Origin: Larkinella sp.
GTDB lineage: Bacteria > Bacteroidota > Bacteroidia > Cytophagales > Spirosomataceae
Assembly (NCBI RefSeq): GCF_965227735.1
Contig: NZ_OZ245776.1
Span: 760,852 to 824,851 of the forward strand
Length of the DNA stretch: 64,000 nucleotides
Reading direction: 5' to 3'
Shown here piece by piece: positions 9,033 to 19,191 of this stretch. Within the stretch, counting starts at the first letter, position 1. Every line of letters begins with the position of its first letter. The notes under the pieces are model-generated. The model saw only the letters and a list, made by a program, of their open reading frames with translations. It was not told the DNA's origin and did not search any database. Both the position numbers and the translations under genes were made by a program.

Positions 9033-11147
9033 ATGAGTTACAAGCTTCTGGTAGTGCTTCTGTTTTTGCTGGCCGGTTCAGCAAACGCCCAGATTGGCAG
9101 TCCGGCAGCGGGTGGCGCAACCGATATTGTGATTCTGAAACGGGCCGACCAACTGGAAGGCGTGCAATCGGGAACCGAAGAGATTCGTAAACTGACCGGT
9201 AACGTCGAGCTTCTGCACAAAAATACGCTGATGTTTTGCGACCGGGCGGTTCAGAACCTGACCACCAACGTCATTGAAGCCTACGGCAATGTGCGGATGA
9301 TTCAGGGCGATACGCTGAGTGTCAGAGGGGATACCTTGTTCTATTACGGGGCCAGCCGACAAGCCAACGTCACGGGTCGGACGGTGGTGTTGAAAGACCG
9401 TAAAATGACTTTGACCACCCGCCGGCTGGATTATGACATGGCCAACGGAATAGCTCATTATCCGGTAAAGGGCCGGATTGTTGACCGGGAGAACATTCTG
9501 ACGAGTCGGGAAGGCTATTACAATACGCAGACGAAACTGTTTACGTTTCATGAGAATGTCAAACTGGTCAATCCACAGTATACCCTGACCGCTGATTCGT
9601 TGCTTTACAACTCGTTGAGCAAGATTGCTACGTTTCAGGGGCCAACCAAAATTGTGAGCAAGGAAGGAACGCTGCTGGCCAAAGACGGCGATTACAATAC
9701 CGTCTCGCGCCTGTCGAACTTCCAGCGCCGGGCCACGATTGAAACGGAGAAATATACGCTGACGGGTGATACGCTGTTCGGGAATAATGCCAATGATTAT
9801 TATACCGCCCGTGGCAACGTCGTTCTGTTTGCGAAGGGAGATCAAACGATTTTGACGGGCGATTTCGGTCGATACAATCGAAAAGCCGGTGTAGCCCGCA
9901 TGATTGGGCACGCCCTGGTCAAAAGCATTTCGAGTTCGGATACCTTGTTCATGCGGGCCGACACGCTCTGGTCGTTTGAACTACCGAATCCGAAATACAA
10001 AAAGGGGAGGATCAACACGGATTCAACATACCGTCGGTTGATCGGGCAGCGGAATGTGCTGGTTTTCAAGAATGATTTGCAAAGTAAATGTGACTCAATC
10101 GTGTATGAAACCGCAGACTCGACCATCTACTTTTTCAAAGATCCCATTGTCTGGAGCACAAATTATCAGATGGAAGGTGACTCGATAACGGCATTGATGA
10201 AAAATAATCGCATCCATAAAATGTTACTTCGGGGCCATTCTTTCGTCATATCACAAGATACCCTGCTCAACTTTAACCAGGTGAAAGGCCGGACGCTGAC
10301 CAGTTATTTTGCGTATGACAAGCCAAGAGACCGCTCCGACATCGATCATGTGGTGGTTGAAGGCAACGGGGAGAGTCTGTATTTCGCCGTCGATGACAAC
10401 AATAAAATGGTGGGGATGAACCGGGTATTGTGCAGTAAAATGACGATCCGGTTTGCAGACCGGAAGGTTAATAAAATTAGCTTTTACGGACAACCGGACT
10501 CCAAACTGGTTCCTCCCCAGGAATTGAAGGAAGCCGACAAACAACTGGACGGTTTTAACTGGCGGATGGCCGAAAAGCCAACCAAAGCCCGGATTCTGGG
10601 ATTACCGGAACCAACGACGCCAGCCTCAGCAACCGTTTTAAGTGCAAAAAACGTCAAAAAAGCGGCAGCTCCCATTTTACCCGAAACGTCGGCGACGACC
10701 AAACGGGAGATTCCCGTAAGTGAATCGAAGATGAAGGGGATGATCCGGAAAACAACAGAAAATTCTGTTGGAACCGCACCCGTCAAAGAAGCCGTTTCGG
10801 TGAACAAACCGGCACCCGTTCCGACGGTTGAACCGAAAAAAGAACTGGAAAAAGTGAAAACGGCGGCCGTTCAGCCCGTTGATAGCGCGACCACCGAAGC
10901 CGTAAACCCTATACCGGTAAAAACGACACCTGAGGTAACGAAACCAAAAAAAGTGATGGCTGTCGAATCAAAAAAACCGACCGTTGTCAGTACGGAGAAG
11001 CAAGCGAAACCGGTGGACAGTTTATCGACAGAAACCTTGAAAAATACCATTACAAAACCGGCGCTTCGTACCACACCAGCGCCGTTGGAAGAGAGCGATC
11101 TGGAAAAAGAACTCAATAAAAAACCGGTTCGGAAAACCGGTAACTGA
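9033..11147 (+). CDS. OstA-like (LptA/LptD N-terminal beta-jellyroll) protein with long low-complexity C-terminal tail
   Basis: Signal peptide from ATG 9033; repeated beta-jellyroll segments (GNVELLH, EAYGNVRM, LTADSLLY); about 180-aa K/P/T/A/E tail. Confidence 0.85.
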   Translation: MSYKLLVVLLFLLAGSANAQIGSPAAGGATDIVILKRADQLEGVQSGTEEIRKLTGNVELLHKNTLMFCDRAVQNLTTNVIEAYGNVRMIQGDTLSVRGDTLFYYGASRQANVTGRTVVLKDRKMTLTTRRLDYDMANGIAHYPVKGRIVDRENILTSREGYYNTQTKLFTFHENVKLVNPQYTLTADSLLYNSLSKIATFQGPTKIVSKEGTLLAKDGDYNTVSRLSNFQRRATIETEKYTLTGDTLFGNNANDYYTARGNVVLFAKGDQTILTGDFGRYNRKAGVARMIGHALVKSISSSDTLFMRADTLWSFELPNPKYKKGRINTDSTYRRLIGQRNVLVFKNDLQSKCDSIVYETADSTIYFFKDPIVWSTNYQMEGDSITALMKNNRIHKMLLRGHSFVISQDTLLNFNQVKGRTLTSYFAYDKPRDRSDIDHVVVEGNGESLYFAVDDNNKMVGMNRVLCSKMTIRFADRKVNKISFYGQPDSKLVPPQELKEADKQLDGFNWRMAEKPTKARILGLPEPTTPASATVLSAKNVKKAAAPILPETSATTKREIPVSESKMKGMIRKTTENSVGTAPVKEAVSVNKPAPVPTVEPKKELEKVKTAAVQPVDSATTEAVNPIPVKTTPEVTKPKKVMAVESKKPTVVSTEKQAKPVDSLSTETLKNTITKPALRTTPAPLEESDLEKELNKKPVRKTGN

Positions 11148-11264
11148 TTGGGTCTCCAGCGGTTTACAAAATAATTTTTTGAATCTGTTTTAAACCTTTG
11201 GGGTATCATCCGGTTCTAACTGACAAAAAAGAGTTTGAATTGCAATTTTTTGAGGAAGTGGTCG

Positions 11265-11294
11265 TTGACTTTCTCGTTTTTTTAAATATGTTTG
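11265..11294 (+). promoter_or_regulatory. Bacteroidota primary-sigma promoter (-33 TTG, -7 TATGTTTG)
   Basis: TTG 11265-11267, 19-nt spacer, perfect TAnnTTTG 11287-11294. Confidence 0.65.
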
Positions 11295-11335
11295 TGATGG
11301 GGTATTATATCCACCCAGTTACCGAATGAAATTAT

Positions 11336-11977
11336 ATGAAACAACCTGTACGTTTATATGCCTGGTTAACCGGATTGGCACTTCTGGTATCGCAGAGCCT
11401 GATGGCTCAGAGCGATAGCAGCAAGCCCAAAAGCCGGTTGGAGTTGGGGCAAAAACCCGCACCGACGAGTCGTGTGATTCACTCCCGCAACTTCCCTTTC
11501 CTGAAGCACCCCAGCGTTTCCAGTCTGGATCGTGGCGTCACTGCTCAGAAAAATACCGCCATCAACCAATTTTACCGCAACCAGCTTTTACAGACTTCGG
11601 CGGGTAAAACCCCGGCTCGCAACGCCAGTTCGGATACCGGCAACCTTTCAACCCCTGAAGCCCGCGTGTCGGCGGAAGAAACCCGGAAAGTAGATGATTG
11701 GATGTATGCCAATGAACGGATCACGGTTTCGAATATTTACCCGAATCCAGCCAACGAAAGAGCCGAAATTGATTACCAGATATTTGGTGGCGTAAAAGAC
11801 GCTAAGCTCATCTTCTACAATGTGTTAGGCGCTCCGGTGAAAGAGTATGTACTGGACCGAAACGAGCGAAAAATTCGGATCGCAACCAGCGAAATGAATT
11901 CCGGTATGTACTTTTATCAACTGTCTCTGGAAGGACAGAAAATTGCAACCAAAAAGTTAATGGTCAGTCATCAATGA
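11336..11977 (+). CDS. T9SS type A sorting-domain (CTD) protein with very short passenger
   Basis: Signal peptide; C-terminal NIYPNPA...IFYNVLG...SGMYFYQL...TKKLMV. Confidence 0.88.
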   Translation: MKQPVRLYAWLTGLALLVSQSLMAQSDSSKPKSRLELGQKPAPTSRVIHSRNFPFLKHPSVSSLDRGVTAQKNTAINQFYRNQLLQTSAGKTPARNASSDTGNLSTPEARVSAEETRKVDDWMYANERITVSNIYPNPANERAEIDYQIFGGVKDAKLIFYNVLGAPVKEYVLDRNERKIRIATSEMNSGMYFYQLSLEGQKIATKKLMVSHQ

Positions 11978-12104
11978 TTGTTAATGTAAAGTTTGATAGG
12001 CAGTAGGCAGTTTTTCTGTTTACTGCTTATTTTTTTGCCAGACAGTACCCTCAACGTCAGCACTATTTACGGGGAATGATCGTTAGTCTTACAGAGATTT
12101 TTAT

Positions 12105-12112
12105 TAATTTTG
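12105..12112 (+). promoter_or_regulatory. -7 promoter box upstream of bamD
   Basis: TAATTTTG followed by CA, 7 nt before ATG 12120. Confidence 0.6.
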
Positions 12113-12119
12113 CATCCTT

Positions 12120-13004
12120 ATGCAGCATTGTTTGAAAGCAGGTACATTAGCGGTTGTGTTGTTGGTGATGATTACGTCATGCAGCCCATTTCAGAAATTA
12201 CAGAAAACGGGTACGGATGATCAGAAGTATCAGGCGGCCGTCACGTATTTTAAAAAGGGCGAATTTTACCGGGCGGGTCTGTTGTTTGAAGAACTGATTC
12301 CCATTCTGAAAGGAAGCACGGAATCGGAAATGGCGCAGTTCTACCGGGCTCACTGCGAATACCAGCAGCAAAACTACCAGTTGTCATCGTTTCACTTCAA
12401 GCAATTTTACGAAACCTTTGCCCGAAGCGATTACGCCCACGAAGCGATGTATTTCTACGCCCTTTCGCTGTATAAAGATTCGCCGAACTACAACCTGGAT
12501 CAATCTAATACGCTGACGGCCATGGCCGCTTTGCAGGATTTTATCAATGCCCACCCGCAGAGCCCTTTCCGGCAGGAATGCACGCAGTACATCGCCGTTC
12601 TACGCGATAAACTGGAACTGAAGGCCTACGATAAAGCCAAACAATACTACAAAACCAGTTCCGCCAACATTGCCAATTACCGGTCGTCGGTGGTTTCCAT
12701 TACCAATTTTCTCCGCGAATACCCGGATTCGAAATACAATGAAGAACTGGCCTACCTGCGCGTGGATGCGCAGTACAACCTGGCTAAAAATAGTTTTGCC
12801 GACAAACTGAAGGAGCGACACCAGGAAGTGGTGACCTATTATCTGGCATTGGTGGACAAATTCCCGAAAAGCCCGGATCTAAAAAAAGCCGAACGGATGT
12901 ATGAAGACAGCCGTAAAGAACTGGAAACCATTGCTAATCAGGAAAAAGAGAAATTGAATCAGCAACAAAAACCGGCCAAAGTCACGGCGACAACGGCCAA
13001 TTAA
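12120..13004 (+). CDS. bamD: Outer membrane protein assembly factor BamD (lipoprotein)
   Basis: Lipobox ITSC; TPR repeats; YNLDQSNT, FLREYPDSKY; heads the conserved bamD-rpoZ-coaBC cluster. Confidence 0.93.
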   Translation: MQHCLKAGTLAVVLLVMITSCSPFQKLQKTGTDDQKYQAAVTYFKKGEFYRAGLLFEELIPILKGSTESEMAQFYRAHCEYQQQNYQLSSFHFKQFYETFARSDYAHEAMYFYALSLYKDSPNYNLDQSNTLTAMAALQDFINAHPQSPFRQECTQYIAVLRDKLELKAYDKAKQYYKTSSANIANYRSSVVSITNFLREYPDSKYNEELAYLRVDAQYNLAKNSFADKLKERHQEVVTYYLALVDKFPKSPDLKKAERMYEDSRKELETIANQEKEKLNQQQKPAKVTATTAN

Positions 13005-13072
13005 ACAATACCGGCGGGCCGAATTCACCAGCGTTCGGTGGCTGAAATTTGAGAATAGAAAACCAAAAAACT

Positions 13073-13393
13073 ATGGCAAATAATCCTTCGATCATCACCC
13101 GCGATACCGATAAAATTGCGGCAGCAACGGGTAATCTGTACGAATCAGTATCGATCATTTCAAAACGGGCGCGGCAGATTTCGAGCAAAATGAAAGAAGA
13201 ACTGAGCAACAAGCTTTCAGAATTTGCCTCGGCTGTCGACAACCTGGAAGAAGTGTTCGAAAACCGGGAGCAGATTGAAATTTCAAAATACTACGAACGT
13301 CTTCCTAAACCGACCACGGTGGCAACAGACGAGTTCCTGGAAGGGAAACTGCAATGGCGCACGGTTGAAGAAGACACGAATAGCTCGCTGTAA
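13073..13393 (+). CDS. rpoZ: RNA polymerase omega subunit (Bacteroidota type)
   Basis: GNLYESVSIISKRARQI...FENREQIEISKYYERLPKPT; start moved to ATG 13073. Confidence 0.92.
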   Translation: MANNPSIITRDTDKIAAATGNLYESVSIISKRARQISSKMKEELSNKLSEFASAVDNLEEVFENREQIEISKYYERLPKPTTVATDEFLEGKLQWRTVEEDTNSSL

Positions 13394-13513
13394 TTCTCTG
13401 CATTAGATTTAAAACGAACCGGAAAAGCACAGAGACCACGGAGAAAATCGCACCGGCGACCTCTCTCTGTGTCCTTTGTGCTTCTTCGGTTCGTTTTGTT
13501 TATCCTGTTTATC

Positions 13514-14734
13514 ATGTCCCAATTGACCGGAAAAAAAATTCTGCTGGGTGTAACGGGGAGCATCGCTGCGTATAAAGCCGCCCTGCTGATCCGGCTTTTG
13601 ATCAAGTCGGGAGCCGAAGTGCAGGTGGTCATGACATCCGCAGCCAAAGACTTCATTACGCCCCTGACGCTGGCCACGCTGTCGAAACGACCCGTTTTTT
13701 CGGAGTTCATCCAGGTTGGCGGGCAGGGCGAAGGGCAGTGGAACAACCACGTCGAACTGGCTCTTTGGGCCGATTTGCTGGTCATTGCACCGGTGTCGGC
13801 ACACACGCTGGCGAAATTGGCCCACGGGTTTTGTGATGATTTGCTGTCGGCGGTGTATCTGTCGGCGAAATGCCCGGTTTTTCTGGCACCCGCCATGGAT
13901 CTGGACATGTACCGCCACCCTACGACCCTGGAAAACCTCCGGCGGCTGGAATCCTTTGGCAATCACCTCATTCAGGCCGAACACGGCGAACTGGCGAGCG
14001 GACTGGTGGGCGAAGGCCGGCTGGCAGAACCGGAACACATTGTGAATGAACTGGAACGACATTTTGCCCACCGCCCGGTTTTCAGACACAAACGAATACT
14101 GATTACCGCGGGACCTACGCAGGAACCCATCGACCCGGTTCGCTTTATCAGCAACCATTCGAGCGGCAAAATGGGCTATGCCATTGCCCGCGCTTTTGCC
14201 CAGGCCGGAGCCGACGTTACGCTCGTCAGCGGCCCCACGGTGCAACCCCTCCCCGATCCAACCATCCGGCGCATAGCGGTACGCTCGGCCCGGGAAATGT
14301 TTGAAGCAACGGCGGAAGAATTTCCGAAAGCGCACGTGGTGGTGCTGGCAGCCGCTGTGGCCGATTACACCCCATTGCAACCCGCCGACCAGAAAATCAA
14401 GAAAAAGGAAGCGGTTTTTGGGTTGGAAATGACCAAAACCGTCGATATTGCCGCCACCCTGGGACAGCAGAAACGCCCGGATCAGATTACAGTCGGTTTT
14501 GCACTGGAAACCAACGATGAACTGGCCAATGCGCTGGGAAAACTTCGGGCCAAAAATTTCGATCTGATCGTTCTGAATTCTTTGCGCGATCCGGGAGCCG
14601 GTTTTGGGCACGATACCAACAAAATTACCGTTATTGACAAAGACGAGCGGATGTATGAATTTGATCTGAAATCGAAGGACAAAGTGGCCGAAGATTTGCT
14701 CAATCTCGTTCAGGAACAGCTATCGATGGTATGA
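13514..14734 (+). CDS. coaBC: Bifunctional PPC decarboxylase / PPC synthetase
   Basis: [43 protein letters not shown]; start moved to ATG 13514. Confidence 0.97.
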   Translation: MSQLTGKKILLGVTGSIAAYKAALLIRLLIKSGAEVQVVMTSAAKDFITPLTLATLSKRPVFSEFIQVGGQGEGQWNNHVELALWADLLVIAPVSAHTLAKLAHGFCDDLLSAVYLSAKCPVFLAPAMDLDMYRHPTTLENLRRLESFGNHLIQAEHGELASGLVGEGRLAEPEHIVNELERHFAHRPVFRHKRILITAGPTQEPIDPVRFISNHSSGKMGYAIARAFAQAGADVTLVSGPTVQPLPDPTIRRIAVRSAREMFEATAEEFPKAHVVVLAAAVADYTPLQPADQKIKKKEAVFGLEMTKTVDIAATLGQQKRPDQITVGFALETNDELANALGKLRAKNFDLIVLNSLRDPGAGFGHDTNKITVIDKDERMYEFDLKSKDKVAEDLLNLVQEQLSMV

Positions 14735-15651
14735 AATTTCAATCCTTATTACGAAGTGTTGCGGTATTCATCGGCCTGTCGACCCAAACCGGTCTGGCCC
14801 AGGAACTCAATTGCCAGGTAACGGTGAATTTCAACCAGGCGCAGTCGACCCAAATCACCGACCGTCAGGTTTTCCCCCAGCTTCAGAGTTTCATTACGGA
14901 TTTCATCAATACCCGCCGTTGGACGACCGATGCGTTCAATCCGGAAGAACGCATCAACTGTAAACTGATCATTGATATTCTGAAAGTTCCCGCTCAGAAT
15001 GTTTACCAGGGTCGTGCGCAGGTCATTGTCACCCGCCCCGTATATGGCACTAATTATGAAACCGTTACGCTGCGTTACATCGACAATTCGTTTGATTTCC
15101 CTTACCGCCCGAACGATGCAATGTTTTTTAACGAAAATACCAATTCCAGTGAATTAACGTCTTTGCTTGCTTTTCACGCGCTCATCATGCTGGGTGTCGA
15201 TTACAATACGTTCAGCAAGCAGGGCGGGAAACCGTTTTTTCAACGGGCCTATAATGTGATGACCCTGGCCAATCAACGGGCCGACGCCGGCGGGGCGTGG
15301 GCGGCCAAGGGGGACATTCGAAACCGATACTGGCTGATCGAAAATCTGCAAAGCCAGCAGTTTATTCCCTACCACGAAGCCTTGTATACCTACCACCGCC
15401 AGGCGTTGGATACCTTCACAACCAACCCTGCGGGAGCGCGCCAGCAGGTTTTAGGCGTTTTATCGACCCTCCAGCAGGTCAGCCAGCAGCGGCTCAATTC
15501 CGTGGTGATCAACACATTTTTTGACGCCAAGGGCGAAGAACTCTTTAACATCATGAACGAAGGGCCGCGCGATGAACGGCAAAAGGCCTTCACGCTTCTT
15601 TCCACCCTCGACCCGGCCAAAACAGAAGTTTACCGGAAGTTACTCAGATAA
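14731..15651 (+). CDS. porD: DUF4835 family / T9SS protein PorD
   Basis: AQELNCQVTVN, FINTRRWT, ERINC motifs; position between coaBC and recN; 4-nt overlap with coaBC. Confidence 0.85.
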   Translation: MKFQSLLRSVAVFIGLSTQTGLAQELNCQVTVNFNQAQSTQITDRQVFPQLQSFITDFINTRRWTTDAFNPEERINCKLIIDILKVPAQNVYQGRAQVIVTRPVYGTNYETVTLRYIDNSFDFPYRPNDAMFFNENTNSSELTSLLAFHALIMLGVDYNTFSKQGGKPFFQRAYNVMTLANQRADAGGAWAAKGDIRNRYWLIENLQSQQFIPYHEALYTYHRQALDTFTTNPAGARQQVLGVLSTLQQVSQQRLNSVVINTFFDAKGEELFNIMNEGPRDERQKAFTLLSTLDPAKTEVYRKLLR

Positions 15652-15654
15652 TTC

Positions 15655-15897
15655 ATGGGTAAACGTTTAATTCGCATTCGGGCTACGGAGCTTCTTAACC
15701 AGTGGACATCCGAATCGGCCACCGGACTCGTAAATGCCGAAATCAATGTGGTTTTCCTTGACGGGCGAACCTTACACGGTCGGCTGATCGACATCCGGGG
15801 GTCTGAATTATCGATTCGAGACAACATTGGCCACGGTCATACGGTCCTGATCCAAACGGTTGATGAAGTCATCCTGGATGAAAAAGCTCCTTTTTAG
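15655..15897 (+). CDS. Hypothetical 80-aa beta-rich protein (possible Sm/SH3-like fold)
   Basis: Fills the gap exactly: 3 nt after porD, 9 nt before recN. Confidence 0.75.
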   Translation: MGKRLIRIRATELLNQWTSESATGLVNAEINVVFLDGRTLHGRLIDIRGSELSIRDNIGHGHTVLIQTVDEVILDEKAPF

Positions 15898-15906
15898 ACT
15901 CTTACC

Positions 15907-17571
15907 ATGCTTTCGCATTTACTGATTAAAAACTACGCCCTGATTGAACATCTGGAAATGGATCCCGATACCGCCCTGAACACCATTACGGGTGAAACGG
16001 GGGCGGGAAAATCCATCATGCTGGGTGCCATTGGTTTGCTGATGGGTAATCGGGCCGACACCAAGGCACTCTACAATCCGGACGAAAAATGCGTAATCGA
16101 AGGTTTTTTCAAGGTATCAGGCTACCTCATCGAGAATTTATTTGAAGAGGCTGACCTCGATTACGATTCAACCTGCGTGGTTCGGCGGGAGATTAGCCCG
16201 AGTGGAAAATCCCGCGCTTTTGTGAACGACACACCAGTGACGCTCGATATTCTCCGGCGGGTGACGAGCCATTTAATGGACATTCATTCGCAGCACGATT
16301 CCATTCTGCTGGGATCAAATGAATACCAACTGGAAATCGTCGATACCTACGCCCAAAACGACGCCCTGTTGCGCCAATACCGCATCGATTACCGCACGTA
16401 TCGACTCAAACAGGAAGCTTACGAGCGCCTGCTGACCGAAACGGCAACCATGAAAAAGGAGTTTGATTACAACAGTTTCCTGTACGAAGAACTTCACAAA
16501 CTGGAGTTGCAAGCCGACGAACAGGAGTTGCTGGAACAGGAACTCACGATTCTGGAAAATGCCGAAGACATCAAAGAGCGGCTTCAGCTCTCGTCTGATT
16601 ACCTCGACAATGCGGAGCAATCGGTCGTCGTTTACCTCAAAAATGTGGTTAACAACCTGAACTACGTCACCCGCCTGACGGACCGGTTCAGCCAGCTTCG
16701 GGACCGGGCGCAAAGTGCCCTGATCGAACTGCGTGACCTCGCCAATGAAATAAACACCGAAGAAGACAACATCGAGACCAATGATGCGCGGGTCGAGGTC
16801 ATTCGGGAACGACTGAATCTTATTTATCAGTTACAAACCAAACACGCGGTAAAAACCGTCGCCGAACTGCTGGTTATTCAGGCGGATCTGGAGAAAAAAG
16901 TTAGTAAAATTCTGAATTCCGATGCCGAACTGGCATTGGCCAAAGCCGAAAGTGAAGCGGCTTTTGAGCAACTCATGACGAGTGCCGATGCGCTTTCGGC
17001 CTCCCGCCGGGAAGCAAACCCCGAGATTGAGGAGCGGGTGGGCAGTCTGCTGGCCGACCTGGGCATGCCGAATGCCTCGTTAAAGATCAGCCAGGACACC
17101 GGCAAGCCGACCGACACGGGTGTCGATACGGTTTCTTTCCTGTTCAGTGCCAACAAAGGCGTCAAGAACCAGCAATTGAAAAATGTCGCTTCAGGGGGTG
17201 AATTTTCCCGGTTAATGATGGCGATTAAATACATTCTGGCCAGCAAACGTTCGCTGCCGACGATTATCTTTGACGAAATTGATACGGGCGTCTCCGGCGA
17301 AATTGCGATCAAAATGGGAAACATGATGCGCGATATGGCACACAGCCACCAGATCATCGCCATTACACACCTGCACCAGATTGCCGCACAGGGCAAAGCC
17401 CATTACTTTGTGTATAAAGACAATTCCGGCAATCGTACCGTGAGCCGGGTGAAAAAACTTAGTTTTAACGAACGGGTTCAGGAAATCGCCCAGATGATCG
17501 GCGGAAACAATCCGTCGGCCAGTGTCCTGAAAAATGCGAAAGAACTGCTTTCGCAGAAAGCGTCGTCCTGA
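15907..17571 (+). CDS. recN: DNA repair protein RecN
   Basis: TGETGAGKS Walker A, ASGGEFSR signature, IIFDEIDTGVSG Walker B. Confidence 0.98.
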   Translation: MLSHLLIKNYALIEHLEMDPDTALNTITGETGAGKSIMLGAIGLLMGNRADTKALYNPDEKCVIEGFFKVSGYLIENLFEEADLDYDSTCVVRREISPSGKSRAFVNDTPVTLDILRRVTSHLMDIHSQHDSILLGSNEYQLEIVDTYAQNDALLRQYRIDYRTYRLKQEAYERLLTETATMKKEFDYNSFLYEELHKLELQADEQELLEQELTILENAEDIKERLQLSSDYLDNAEQSVVVYLKNVVNNLNYVTRLTDRFSQLRDRAQSALIELRDLANEINTEEDNIETNDARVEVIRERLNLIYQLQTKHAVKTVAELLVIQADLEKKVSKILNSDAELALAKAESEAAFEQLMTSADALSASRREANPEIEERVGSLLADLGMPNASLKISQDTGKPTDTGVDTVSFLFSANKGVKNQQLKNVASGGEFSRLMMAIKYILASKRSLPTIIFDEIDTGVSGEIAIKMGNMMRDMAHSHQIIAITHLHQIAAQGKAHYFVYKDNSGNRTVSRVKKLSFNERVQEIAQMIGGNNPSASVLKNAKELLSQKASS

Positions 17572-17608
17572 ATGAAAACCCACCGATTTAAAATACGCCA
17601 TCAATACC

Positions 17609-18031
17609 ATGAAAAAACTAGTGATTTGCCTTGTTGCACTGGCGGGTTGTCAGTCATCCAACGATAAAAAAAGTATTGAACAAATGCAGGACCAGGTTAT
17701 GGTCGTTCATGACGAGATCATGCCCCGCACCGATGATCTGATGGATTTGAAGGAAAAAATAAGCCATCAAATTGATAGTCTTTCCAAAATCACACCCGCT
17801 TCAGCCAGCGTCAAGGCCCGTCAGGAAGAAGGCCTGACTATCAATAAAAACCTGACCGAAACCGACAGCCTGATGTTTGCCTGGATGAATCATTACAACG
17901 CCGATACCGTCAAAGGCATGGATGAAACGCAGGCAAAAGCATACCTGGATCTGGAATTGAAGAAAATCAGTGAGGTGAAAGCCAAAATAAACAGCGGAAT
18001 GACACAGGCGAAGAAATTTCTGGGTAACTAA
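17609..18031 (+). CDS. Helical lipoprotein with Met/His-rich motifs, SCO-associated
   Basis: Lipobox LAGC; VMVVHDEIMP and LMFAWMNHY; directly upstream of SCO. Confidence 0.8.
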   Translation: MKKLVICLVALAGCQSSNDKKSIEQMQDQVMVVHDEIMPRTDDLMDLKEKISHQIDSLSKITPASASVKARQEEGLTINKNLTETDSLMFAWMNHYNADTVKGMDETQAKAYLDLELKKISEVKAKINSGMTQAKKFLGN

Positions 18032-18103
18032 TTCCGGACGCGGGCTGTTGATTGAGTAGGCCCCTTTGCTGTCTGGTTTTTTGCAATTAAACTAAATTTC
18101 AGA

Positions 18104-18751
18104 ATGTATTCAGTGCTAAAAAGCAGCCTGTCGCTGGCCGTTTTCCTTTTTTTAGCGGCTTGCTCATCCACCGAATCCCGGTTGCCCATCATGGGCGAAC
18201 GGGATGTCATCACGAAAGAAGTAGACGGTAAAACCGTCACGGATACGGCCTATTATCAGATACCGGGTTTCCAGTTTACCAATCAGGACAGCCTGCCGGT
18301 AACGGATAAAACCTTTGATGGAAAGATCTACGTTGCCGACTTCTTCTTCATCACCTGCCCGACGATTTGCCCGAAGATGAAAACCCAGATGAAACGGGTT
18401 TACGACCAATTCAGGAACAATCCGGACGTGATGTTGCTGTCATACACCATCGATCCGAAACACGACACCCCGGCGGTGCTGAAAGAGTTTGCGACCAGTC
18501 TGGGCATCACCGGATCGCAGTGGCAATTTGCAACCGGCCCGAAAGAAGAGATTTTTAAAACCGGCAAGAGTTATATGGTGGTGGCTCAGGAAGACGCCGG
18601 AGCGCCAGGCGGTCTTCTTCACAGTGGTCACTTTGTGCTGGTAGACAAAGAGAAACACGTTCGGGGCATGTATGACGGCACCACGGAAGAAGGTGCAGAC
18701 AAACTGATGGCGGACATCGACCGGTTACTCGCCGAATATAAAACGAAATGA
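18104..18751 (+). CDS. SCO1/SenC family copper-binding lipoprotein
   Basis: Lipobox LAAC; FFFITCPTICP (CxxxC) and conserved His in LLHSGHF. Confidence 0.95.
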   Translation: MYSVLKSSLSLAVFLFLAACSSTESRLPIMGERDVITKEVDGKTVTDTAYYQIPGFQFTNQDSLPVTDKTFDGKIYVADFFFITCPTICPKMKTQMKRVYDQFRNNPDVMLLSYTIDPKHDTPAVLKEFATSLGITGSQWQFATGPKEEIFKTGKSYMVVAQEDAGAPGGLLHSGHFVLVDKEKHVRGMYDGTTEEGADKLMADIDRLLAEYKTK

Positions 18752-19176
18752 GAAGACGAACGCTGGGATGTTTGCTCGTACCGCTTCTTTTCCAAACCGC
18801 TTGCCAGAGCCAGGAGGAGTTAAAGCAGGAGAAATATTTTGTGGAGGGCTACCAGCTTTACACCGAACATTGTGCCAATTGCCACCAAACTGACGGTAAG
18901 GGTCTTGAAGCGCTGTACCCGCCCATCAACGGGTCCGACTACCTGAAAAACAAAGAAAAGGTCATCTGTCTGATTCGATATGGGCAGAACGAACCCATTG
19001 TGGTGAATGGTCGGCGATTCAACCGGCCGATGCCCGCCAATCCGCAATTAACCGACATCGACGTGGCGGAAATTACGACTTATATTTACAACAAGTGGGG
19101 CGGAGAAACCGTGATTACGGATGTAAAGGAAGCCAGCAAAGTGCTGGATACGTGTCGGGTGCAGCGTCAACGCTAA
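18748..19176 (+). CDS. Monoheme c-type cytochrome lipoprotein
   Basis: Lipobox QTAC; CANCH heme motif; distal RPMPA Met; 4-nt overlap with SCO. Confidence 0.93.
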   Translation: MRRRTLGCLLVPLLFQTACQSQEELKQEKYFVEGYQLYTEHCANCHQTDGKGLEALYPPINGSDYLKNKEKVICLIRYGQNEPIVVNGRRFNRPMPANPQLTDIDVAEITTYIYNKWGGETVITDVKEASKVLDTCRVQRQR

Positions 19177-19191
19177 GCGGGTGATTCAGCA

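Noticed and set aside
13409-14611. 400-aa ORF nested with coaBC in another frame
   Set aside because: Fully overlaps the clearly real coaBC and has no recognisable domain.
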